Made by a program: the position numbers and the translations under genes. Of a stretch of 64,000 nucleotides of DNA, positions 27,001-39,000 are shown piece after piece. Numbering within the stretch: the first letter of the stretch is position 1; every line of letters begins with the position of its first letter. Location: assembly GCA_965644315.1 (NCBI GenBank), contig CBFFRQ010000002.1, positions 37,774-101,773 on the forward strand, read 5' to 3'. Source of the stretch: Caecitellus pseudoparvulus (lineage: Eukaryota; Protista; Bigyra: Bicosoecida). The notes beneath the pieces were generated by a model. It had not been told where the DNA came from, made no database searches, and was given only the letters and a program-made list of their open reading frames with translations.

Positions 27001-30000
27001 ACCGACGGCGCAGATGTCGAGGAGGATGTGGACTTGAAGCTTGCGGACGGCGTCCTGCGGCTGACATGGAGCCGCTGGGCAGACCCCGAATCCGGCATTG
27101 TGGCATTCACCTGTGCCTTCGGCACTGCGCCCGACCTTCAGGACATCGCGCCTGCCCGTGCCGTCCCTCTGCAGCCTGGCTCTGCGGCAGTGTACTCGTG
27201 CGTGCAGCGTGGTGTAACTATGGTTCCAGGGCAGCCATACTACGGCATTGTCTCTGCGACGAACGCACTGGGGCTCACCACGATTGTGGCCACGTCTGGA
27301 GTGCGCACTGACTCCAACCCGCCAATCTCTGACTTGACCCTGCGCCCGCGCATGCTGCCCACCATCAGCTTGCCCCTGGACATGGCCCAGCAGAGCACTT
27401 GGCCTGCAAACGTCACTGGCGCATCTGTATCTGTGCCTGTGGCCATCTTCGTTGACCCTCACTCTGGCGTTGCAAGCTTCGACGTCACCCTTCAGTGGGT
27501 GCGCGGGCCAGCACTGCCTGCTGGTGTGCCACTGTTTATCGACAACATTGCGGGCGCTACTGCCACCGCTGGCACAGCACGCGTCACCTTCGAAAACGTT
27601 CGCGTGTTCAATGGCGCGGAGCTGCAGGTCGTGACCACGGCCACGAATGCTGTCGGGCTCAGCTCTAGCCCTGTCACCTCAGATCCCGTCGCAGTGGACA
27701 CGCAAGTGCTTGTGGCAGGTTCAGTGCGTGATGGCCCCGAGTCATATGGTGTGGATATTGACGCATCAAGGCGCACAACCGTCGCCCAAGCTCACTGGTT
27801 TGGCTTCTCTGACCCCCGGTATCTCCCTCGAGATATCGATTACTCCTGGTGCATGTCCACTGTGCAGCCCGCCACAGGCTTCGATGAGCCACTGTGTGAT
27901 GTGCTGCCCATGACCCACCTGGGGAAGCGTGTCAGCGAAGCTGCATTGCAGAGCGACTTCACCCCGCCTGAGGGAGTGCTCGTTTTCACAACCATTGTGG
28001 GTGTGAACCCGCTGGGGCAGGTTGCCCGTACCACCAGTGACGGTCTCGTGTATGACAGCTCAGCTCCTGAAATCGAATGGCTGCGTATTGGCGGGCCAAC
28101 CATGCCATTGGGATCTGACCACCAGCATTTCTTGTCCGTTGGGAGTGCAGTCACTGTGGCTTGGAGTGTTGTTGAGGATGAATCAGTTGGCACCCTCTGC
28201 TTCGCACACTTGGGCACCACGCCAGGGGCTGAGAATGTGGCGGCCCCCGTGTCTGTCGCCACTGCTGCAGGTTCGGGCAGCGCACTGCTGGCTGGGCTGG
28301 AGGTCGGAGAAGGGGAGACTGTCGTTGCAACCCTGGTGTGCAACAACACCGCAGGCCTCGAGGCGAGCCTGACATCCTCATGGTCCATTGTGGAGACGTC
28401 TCCCCCCTCTGCTGGCCTCGTGTACGTCGGCGTTCCCTCAAACGCGAGCGCAACGTATTTGGAGTTTGACGACGTGCTTGCGGTCGCATCCAACTCGACC
28501 CTGACTTCATTCTGGAACGGCTTCTACGACGACGAAAGTCACCTGTCGCACTACTCTTGGTGCATCGGCTCTGAGCTCGGCGTGTTTGACATCATGCCCT
28601 GCACAGAGGTGGGCCTCGACTGGCATGCGACTGCCGAGGAGCTTGCCATGCAGGATGGTAGCTACGTCTGGGTCACTGTGAACGCGACGAACGGTGCCGG
28701 GATGTGGACGGCAGCAATGTCCGCGCCTGTCTTTGTGGACGGCTCGGCACCAACGGTCCGCCCCAAGGCTGGCAACGCCACGCTCACGACTATTGTGGAC
28801 GGCGTGGAGGTGCAGGTTCAAGTCCCGCGAGAGGTGGACACTGCCCAGCTTGTGGAGGACGCGGAGCTCCTTGGGCGTGACGTGGACGTGTCCACTGATA
28901 ACCGCCAGCTGCACGTGGCATGGGACGCAAACCGATTCGAGGATGTGCACAGTGGCCTTGCTGGGTTCCAAGTTGCTTGGGGCATCATGCTGGGCGCTGT
29001 GGACGATACTGTTGCCCCCATCGATTTGCCCATTACCGCTGAATCCTGGTCCGTGTTTGACCTGAATTTGGTGTCTGGCACGTACTGCGCGGCAGTGCGC
29101 GCGAAGAACACCCTTGGCTCTTGGGGCCCGTGGTTCCGCTCCGACTGCATTGTCATTGATGTCACGCCGCCTGCGGTGGAAGTTGCAGGTGATGCAATCG
29201 CCGTCTCTGCTGCGGAGTGGATTGACCCTGCTAGTGGCGTGCAGGTTTCTTGGAACGGCTCTGCCTCTGACGCTCACAGTGGCATTGTCGACCTGCATGT
29301 CGCCATTTGCGAAGCCTTCCCACCAGCGGACACGATTGTGGTGCACCTGACTCGCCGCGAGGCTGAGGACCTGGCGCTTCCCGCCGGTGCGGCCTCTCCA
29401 GCACCCGAGGTTGGTCCAGGTGTTGTCAGAGTGACGATCCCAGCGGCAGCAGAGGCCCAGTCTGCTGGACATGCGGCCGTGATGGCGCTCCTTGCCAATG
29501 CTCCGCCCACTGGCCAAGAGCAGCCCCTGCTGTTCTCTGGAGAGGTGCATGGGGATCCGTTCTCGGGGCACCTTGTTGCACGTCAGTGTGTGCAGCCTTG
29601 GGGTGCTGTGGATGTAACAAACACCACCTTTGCAAACACAGGCGTGAAGCTGCGTGATGGCGTGGCGTACCGTGCATTCGTCCGCTACACGAACGGGGCT
29701 GGCTTGACATCCACAATCGCTTCAAATGTCTTCCACGCAGACACAACTGCCCCTGAGCCTGGCTTTGTCATGGACGGGTACGGCGGCCTGGGTGATGAGG
29801 CTTCTCCGATCATGTCGGCGGCGTCCTTCAGCGAAGCCCAGCAGCAGGATCGCGACATCCAGGACAGCTGGCAACACGTCAGCGCACAGTGGTCCCCTTG
29901 GCGGGACGACGAGAGCCCCATCGTGGACTACACCTGGTGTGTCGGTACAGAGCCAGGGTTGGATGACCTCCTGCCGTGCACTTCAGTGGGCCTGGCGAGC

Positions 30001-33000
30001 TTCGGCGCAGCCACTCTGCCCCCTGTTGCGGTGAGCGAGATGCAGGCGCTGGATGCTGCCTCATGGCCCGTTGGAGGGGCGCAGCGCGCTTATTACGTGA
30101 CTGTCACAGGCACAAACGCCAGGGGCCTGGCCTCCTCTGCGTACTCTGATGGTGTGCGCGTTGACGCGTACGCTCCCGTGGGCGGTGCTGTTTTCGACCT
30201 CGGCGCAGTTGCAGAGCTGCCGGCGGCCTTTGCCCCCGCACGTTCGACGGATCTGAACCTGACCACGCGCGGCGAAGTCGTGGCTGCATCCTGGGCTGGT
30301 TTTGACGACAAGGGCGGCGACATTGAAGGCTACTCGTGGTGCGTCGGCTCCACACCATTCACGTGCAACAAGCGCGCTGCAGAGTGGGTCGGATCCGCCA
30401 CTGCAGCCATGGCAGTGGGCGTGCCCGTGGTTAGCGGCGACGAGTACTTTGTGACAGTTGAAGCCAAGGACGAGGCAGGCAACAAGCACTCCGTGTGTTC
30501 CGATGGCATCACCATTGATGCCACCCCGCCAGTGGTGTCGTCAGTGTCGGCAGGCTTTGCCACCAAGGCCCTGCCGGGCATTTCCATCGGCGGCGCGCTG
30601 TCGCCGGCACCGCTCGTGCACAGCGACACTGACATTCTGTCTGTGTCATGGAGTGCCACCGACTTTGGTGGCACTGGCGTTGAGAACTTTGAGGTTGCGG
30701 TATGTGCACCAGGGCTGCAGGCAGTCGGCGCTGTCGACGCATGTGCGGTGGCATGGATGTCTGTCGGGTCCCGTGACAGTGTCGTGTTGAAGGAAGTTGA
30801 GTTGCTGCACGGCACGGTGTACCAAGTCATGATCCGTGCCACAGACGGTGCCGGGCACATGTCTCAGGTTTCCGTCTCAGAAGGCTTCGCAGTGGACAGG
30901 ACTCCGCCAACTGCAGGCAGTGTCTTCCTTGTGCCGCCTTCCTCTCGCTTCGCTTGTACTGTGGGTGGGGGAGGGGAAACTCTGCGGCAGGCTTCCCAGG
31001 TCGTGGACCACGCGTCGGCCGCCGTGGCTGCTGCGGCAAGCCTGCCCCTGAACTCCACTCATCTCGGGGCCAATGTCGTGGGCACACAGTGCTCCCGCCT
31101 GCCCGGCTCCACACCGACTGACACCGTGCCTTCCACCGCTCAGCTGCTCATGGCTGGCCTTGCACCTGCAACGACTGCCGCCGCCTGGTGGCCAATCGTC
31201 GTGGCGTGGGATGGCTGGTTCGATGCCGAAAGCGATTTGCAGGGTTACTCGGTCTGCATTGGAACGACCCCTGGCGCTTCAAACTTGGTGCCTTGCACCG
31301 CCTACGGCCCAGACACCCACCTCGCTGAATTCTTGGCTGCTGATGTGAACACATCGGCGCTCCTGAACGGCAGCGCCAGCGCTGGCTCCTACTTTGTCAC
31401 TGTGCAAGCTATCAACGTGCTGGGCGCAGCCTCCACTGTCATCTCACCCGCCGTGACTGTGCGGCCTCGCGCTCCGCTGGCCGACAGCGCTGCGGCGTTG
31501 GATGGTTCGGATGTGGAGGATGCTGCCTTCTACCCCGGCCGCCTCGCAGCAAGTTGGGAGGGCTTTGTCCCTGCCGATGTGGAGGTGCTGCTCACTGGGG
31601 AGCCGGCCCACGACCAGCCCATTCTGTCTGACCCTGGTCTCTGGTACAGTGTGGCTTGGGGCACTGCCCCGGGGCTGCATGATGTCGTGCCCATGACCAA
31701 CGCATCCACAGAGACGTCTCTCGTGGTGAATGGCCTTGACCTGTCACCATGGGAGGGACGGCGACTGTTTGCGACAGTCCGAGCCTACAGTCGTGAAGGT
31801 ACCTTCTCAGCTGTGTCTTCCGACGGCGCCATCGTTGTCACCATGCCACCCACACCACCAGCAGTGCTTGTCGTTGTCGAGCCACCGGCCATGAACAGCA
31901 GTGAAGGCGGGAACACAAGCGTTTCCGCTCTTGGTGGCACTTCTCCAGTGTCTGCAGACCACACCCCGTTCTCCCGGCGTGGCGACGTGCTTGCCGCTTC
32001 CTGGACTGACTTCCAGTCGCCTGCGGGGCTGGCCATCGCATCATACCGTGTGGCCGTGTGCACGGCCATCCTGGCCCTCGAGTGTGCGGACGAAGCAAAC
32101 AAGAACACCACCTGGTACACGACAGGCAACTCTACCTTTGCGCAGCTGGCCCCCCTTTCCCTCGCGGAGGGTGTTGCATACGTCATAGCTGTGGAGGCAA
32201 CAGACGAAGCTGGCCTTCGAACTGTCGCTTTCACGCCGCATGTGACGGTGGACACAACGCCTCCCTCTGTGCAGTCAGCATCGGTGGCCCTCGCACAGCC
32301 CTTCAATGGCTTTGCGGGTGCCCCTGACTCAATGCCTACGGACGTGCTGGCGGTTGTGGCGCGAGCCGCCGCGGAAAGCACGGACACTGCAGGCCTTCCT
32401 CTGTTCTCTGGTCTGGAAGGCTTGCACCTCACTGTGGATGGGCTCCACGACGCGGAGAGTCGCATTGTGAGCATCGCGTGGTGTGCGGGCAGTGAACCTG
32501 GTCTCTGCGACTTTGTGGAGCAAGTGCAAGTGTCCGACGAGCAGCGCGTAGCTCTGCTGCAAGGGCAGGCCTATGAGATCCCACAGGGTGTGGCTCCGCC
32601 GGCGCAGCTCCTGCCTCGGGTGGCTGCGGCAGCTGCTGCCCGGGAGCAGCTTTTGGACGCCATCGCTGACAGCTTCATTGCAGAGGCGACGCTGAACGCA
32701 ACGCTTGAGGAAGGCAACTCCACCCTGGCCTTAAACGGCACTTTGAACGGCAGCGTGCTGGCTCTGAACGAGACTGCAGTGAACGGCACAGTGCTGAATG
32801 GTACTGCTGTTGGGACCAACTCATCTGATGGCTTCATTCCTGAAGACCTTGCCTCGTTGGCTGCTCTCGGGACTCCCCCGCCCACGCGGGGAGGCGTGGT
32901 AGTCACCATCTTCGCCACTAGCGGTGCAGGGGACACGTCCTTGCTGGCTTCGCAAAGCTACTCCCTGGACCTGACCAACCCCACGCCCGGCAAGGTGAGC

Positions 33001-36000
33001 ACTGGCTTCGTGTCCCTGGCTGACCAGGATGGTGATGCTGGACTGGTGTTGTCGGATCCCTCGGCCGTACTGCCTGGTAACGCGTCAGGCATTGACGAGG
33101 AAGCTGCCCCATCCTTCTTGACCTCGCTTTCGCACATCGGCCACCACTGGTCCGACTGGTCAGATGTTGACTCGGACATTGTCGTGTACGTGTGGGGTGT
33201 CGCCTCTGCTGCGCGCGCCGATACACTCATGAACGAAGTGCGCGCAGCATCCCAGGCTGCAGCAGCCCAGAACCTCACGACGCCCCTGGACGTCGAGTGG
33301 CCCATTCTTGATGTACTGCCTCTCCGCTTGGTGGAGGAGGGCTCCTCAGCGCAAGACTTCACACTGTCCCTGCCTGCTGGTGCGTCCTTCCGCGGAGTTG
33401 TTGTGGGTGTCTCGAGCGTCGGGCGATTCTCTGTGGCCTTCAGCGAGGAGGTAATCACCGACGTGAGCCCGCCTGTGTTCAATGAGACCATCGCTGACGG
33501 AAACCGTGGCGGCATCCTGGATGGTGATGGTGTCCTGGACAACTCGACCTCACTGCCTGTTGTGGAGGTGGACTACATCTTGGCAGAGGGTGGCGTGTTC
33601 GAGGCGCACTGGGCGCCTTGGTATGACCATGAGTCTGGCATCGTGTCGTACGAGTGGACAGTGTTTGAGGAGTCTCCCTTCGACCCCGTCGTCTCCATCG
33701 AGCACCCTGGTTCGGATGCAGCCACCTGGCTGAACCGAGTGCAGATGATCCCTTGGGTGGACGTCGGCGAGTCCACAACCGCATTCACAGAGGGCCTCGG
33801 CTTCAAGCCCACGCACAGGTACCGCGCTGCGTTGCGCGTAACCAACGGAGCAGGCCTCGTTTCTGAAGTCGTCTCTGACGGCGTGCGCATTGATGAGGGC
33901 GAGCCATGCATCGGGCAAGTGGAGGTGGAGTCCACAGAGTATGAGGACGAAGTGTTCGTGTCATCGCCTGACACTATCGATGCCAGCTGGACGGCGTTGC
34001 TCGACAGCCAGCACATGAACAACTCCCTCATCGACTGCACACAGCTCGTGGACGCTAACGGTGCCACGGAGGACGCGCAAGTTGCAGAACAGCTGCAGGC
34101 CATCTCTGCCGCTCCCATCTCTCACTTCGAGTGGCAGCTGCGCATCCAAGTGGCGCTGTCCAACGGTACCACGCCGCCCCTGCCCGAAGATGCTGTGACG
34201 GAGACCCCCAACGTTACTGTGACGCAGAATGGCGCCATCATCCCGACCGGAACGCTTGCCGAGCCTGCTTCCGTCCCGTTGAACGACTCGGTGTCGCTCG
34301 CCTCCAGCAATAACTCCGACCCCTTCGCGACTGTCCTGCCATGGACCCAGACAGGGCCCCAGTATGCGTCTGCGTGGTCTGCCTGCTGCTCGAGCTTCAA
34401 CGAGCGCATCGTGCCTGCCAGCACCTTTGACTGGAACTGGCGGTCAACGCGCCCAGTGGCGCACTTTGGCCGCTCCGTCGTCACGGCTGGCCCCCGACTT
34501 GTCGCAGTCGGTGGCCTGGGCGGCTTTGCCGTGCTGTCTGCATTTGGGCCTTGGAGCACTTCTCGGTGGGTGCCAGTGCCGAGTGCTGGCGATGCAGGCA
34601 CAGGGGCCCTGGCAGCACACGCTGATGCATCATGGTCAAGCGTGGGCGTGCACTCCACGGCGGGAGATGCGGGCCTTGCCTGGCCCATGAACGTGACGTT
34701 TGCCATGACTGCTGAAGAGAGTGTGGCTGTGCATGCCGTGAGCATTTCCGTCACTGGGCGGGCCCGTTCCTCTCAGCGATGCCAGGTGGCCTTCCCACTG
34801 GCGTTGCCCAGTGGTGCCACTGCTTCGGGCCCTGCCCCTGGGCTGTCCAGTGTTGTGGACTTTGCTGCTGACGGCTCCACGCTTGCTTTGCTTGTGGAGA
34901 CAGCGTCAGGGTCCTCCCTGGCCACTGTGAACGCGGCCACCTGTGCCATCTCGGCCGATGTGCCTGTCACAGAGGCCACCAGTGCCACGCGCACGACTTC
35001 CACCAGCACCGAGCTGCAAACTGACGTGTCCAACTTGCTCACTCGCACCAGCATGGCCACGCCAGGTGCCGTCCTGGCCAGGCTTGCGGGCAGCAACGCG
35101 CTGGTGTCCACAGGCTCCAAGCTGTACATTGCGAGCGGCCCCTCGCTGGACCTCTCTGAGCGCGCACTTCCTGCAGCCTACACGGACGCCATCGGCTCTG
35201 CTCCGGCTGAGAGCCTTGCAGCATCTGGAGATGGCCTCGTTGTCATTGGCCTGCCGACGGGCAGCGACGGCAACGGGACCCTGCTTGTGGGCCATGTGGG
35301 CGCAACTATCTCAGCTCTGTGCGCATTTACTGGCCCCATTGACGGCGCTGCGCTGGGTGCGTCAGTGGCACTTGGCTCAGATCCAGAAGGCGCGGCGGGT
35401 GTCAGCCTCGTGTCTGCTGGTGCGCCTGGCATCTCCCGCTCCTACGTCCTGAAGGTGGATCTCGCTGCTGCTCTGGCAGAGCCTGTACCAGCAGAGGTGC
35501 ACAGCATTGGTTCCCCAGCTGCATCTGGTGGGCACTCTCCTCACTGCCGCGTTGTTGCAACACAGCAAGCCAAGACACCTGAGCCAGTGTTGGTTGCGAA
35601 CTCCACGACAGTCGCCGTGCCCACGGTTGTCGCCAACGAGACAGTGCTGATCAACACAACGCTCGTGACGGACACTGTGCTGCAGGCACCTCCCGTTGCA
35701 TCGGTGGGTGCAGCTGTGGCGTGGTCTCCCGCACACGGCGGCATGTGGCTGGCTGGCGCTCCTCGCGGGGCAACGTGGGCCTTGCCCCCGGCAGCCCGCA
35801 ACACGGAGCACGCACTGGAGATCACAGGCTCTGGCCGAGTATTTGCTGCGACGTTCTGCTGGCCAGGGCGGGCAAAGACGTACACGCGAGGCTCGCGACT
35901 GCCATTCACGTGCGCCGCTTGCAAGGAGGGCTCCCTGTCGCACGGTGGTGCCGACCCTGTGTGCACGCCCTGTGCCGGCAAGCAGTGCATTGGGGAAGAT

Positions 36001-39000
36001 GAGGTGGACTACACCATGAGCCAGACTGGACTGCCTCTCATTCTCGGGTCAGACTACCAGGTGAACGTACGTGCCGTCACAGCCACGTCCAAGACTGCCG
36101 TGACGACCTCGCGCACCTTCCGCGTGGACTACACCACGGCTGACGTCGGCGACATCGTGGACGGCTTCCTTCTGGACCTCCCGGAGGACGACGACTGTGG
36201 GCCCATGTGTGAGATTGATATTCGCTACTCCCACAACACGACCTCCCTGAGCGCCTCCTGGGCGGGTTTCTTTGACCTGCAGTCTGAGGTGGTGGAGTAC
36301 CAGGTCTCAGCGGGAACAGGGCAGGCGACTGCCGACATTGCCCCCTGGACGTCCACTGGGCTTCAGCGCAACATTACCTTCACCGACCTTGTCATGGCCC
36401 ATGGGACTGTGGCATACGTGTGCGTCGTGGCGGTCAACGGCGCTGGCTTGTCCACGGTACCCATTTGCACCAACGGCGTGTCCATTGACACGACGCCGCC
36501 CGTCATCACCAAGGTCTGGGACGGCTTTGCCATGACCGACATCAACCAGCAGACGTACTTGGACGTGTTCCATGCCCAGTACAAGTGGTTTGAGGACATT
36601 GTGCGAGGGAACATGACCACTGAGTTCGCCGTGGCGACGTTCCCTGTGGGGCAGGCGTTCAACGCCTCAGCAGGGCGTGGCGCCACCAAGGTGGGCATTG
36701 AGTGGCAGCCTGACCACCCCGGTATCATCCCTGTGCCAGATATCCTGGACTTCATGTCTGTGGGTGAGAACTCCATCGCCGCAGCCGTCCGGCAGACGCT
36801 GCTGCGGAACCTGACCATCGGCGACTCTGCCTATGTGTGGTTCCGCGTGACGAGCGAGGCTGGCCTGTCTTCCGGCTACGCCAGCACGAACGGAGTGCTG
36901 ATGGGCAAGAACGAGGCTGAAGTGGAACCGGAGGAGGGCTACGCAATGGGCTTTGACACTGTCAAGCAGGACGACGTCGACAAGCAGTTGGGGGCTGAAG
37001 TCCCGGAGACACCCCTTGGCAGTGTCAGCATGCCGCCCGGCGCGCTCCCTGCTGGAGCTCCTCAGAAGTTTGTGGCGGGAGCAGTCACAGACACTGACGA
37101 CGACCCTGATTTGGTGGACAGCGAGGCAGTGCCCCCCCCTGCGAACAACTTCAAGTTCGGCGACTACTCCTTCGCCATCAACGCCGTGGGGGACGACGGC
37201 AAGAAGATTGAGGGCTACCGATTCCAGAAGCCCATCCTTATCTCCCTCCTGTACAAGCTCGGCAACTCTGTCCAAGAGCAGGACGCGGCAGCGCCAACTC
37301 TATTCTTCTACTCCACCTCCTTGAAGGAGTGGATCAACGCAGTGGACACGTGCACTGGCGCTGACCGCTTTGAGAGCTTCGAGCCCGCCACAAACAGGTA
37401 CTCCGTGCACGTCTGCCATCTCACGCAGTTCTCTGTGTTCTCGCAATCGCGCCCGGTGGCCAGCCTCGTGCGCACCGACGCCGCGCTGGGTGCCGAGGTC
37501 AACGTGCAAGGCTCCAGCGCGGCAGCCGTCGCGACGCGGTTCGTGGACCCCGCCCTGGCCGATGGCCGCAACGCCTTCATCGCCGAAAAGCGCAACTGGT
37601 CTCCCAACTACAACGCATGGGTCATGGAGGATGCCGTGTCCCCTGACGCGTACACTGCGGACTTGATGTACGTGGACCTGGACGGCCGCGCAAGCCGCGA
37701 CCCTGATGGAACCATCGTGTCCCACTCCTGGACCGTGGATTTTGTCTCGGCCGTGCGAGACTTCTCGGAAGCCGGTCATGCCGTGCAGATGGTCGACTTG
37801 GAAGGCAGCCCGTTCTTCAAGAAGGTGGGCCCCTTCACCGAGGCGGGCATCTACTACATCACCCTGCGCCTGGTGGACAACAACGGCGCCTGGGGATCTG
37901 CTACTTCCATTGTGCGCATCAACGCCCGGCCCGTCGCGCGCATGGCGGCGCCCAGCACCCTGGACTGGCCTGCGGAGACGACTGCTGTCGTCATGGGCTC
38001 CGCATCCAGCGACACCGAGCCAGGTGCCCTGCAGTACCAGTGGCGCATCATGGATGTGCCCGAGTCCAACGGCGGCATCGCATGCGCCGGCAGCTTTGAC
38101 GATGCCACCGCTGCCGACACAGTGCTGCGTGTCAACTGTGGCGGGCGTTATGAAGTGGCCCTGGATGTGACGGATGTGGAGGGCGCCACTTCCATCGCCA
38201 GCTCAGTACTGCGCTACAACGACGCGCCGACGGCAGTCATTGATGCACCACCCGTGAATGCGCCGCTGTCCAACGTGGTGCTGGATGCCTCCAAGTCCTT
38301 TGATGACGACGCCGTGACAGGGTACTTGTGGCGAGCAGAGCTGTTGCTGGACATTCCTCGCCTCGCGACATCCATTGAGCAGGCCCAAGCGGCAGCTGGC
38401 GTGCCCCTCACCAACATCATGGACGCTGGCGTCGTCCCAGTGCCGCTGCTGTTCGACCCCTACTGGGCACAGGCCCTGGCCGCCAACGACAGCATCGCCA
38501 CGGCGCGGTGGGGCCTGCTGGCTGGGCAGCACGTGCGCACCAACTTGGCAGCCCCCTTCGACGCCGAGCGCGTGACGCTGGAGCAGCTGGGCTTCGGAGT
38601 GGACGTGCGTGTGACGCTGACAGTCACCGACAGCGACAACAGCACTGGCAGCACCTCCATGGTGCTGAGTGCAAACCGCCCCCCCATTGCTGTGGTGCAG
38701 CCTGCGTCTGCAAAGGTTCTCGCCGACACCGGCCTCACGCTGCGTCTGAACGGCGGGAAGTCCAAGGACACGGACGGCGCGGTCACGCGCTTCCAGTGGC
38801 GCATCGTCTCCAAGCCTGCTGCAGAAGGCCGCTCCCTGGCCGAGCTGACGGCAGGACTGCTGTCCACACCGCAGGCGGCAGCCACCACCATGGACGTGAG
38901 CGGTGCCGCTCAGCTCACTGCGGGCACGTACAACGTCGAGCTGCGTGTGTGGGATGACCGCACCGCCAACAGCACCTTCGTTGTCCCCGTGCAGGTCTTG

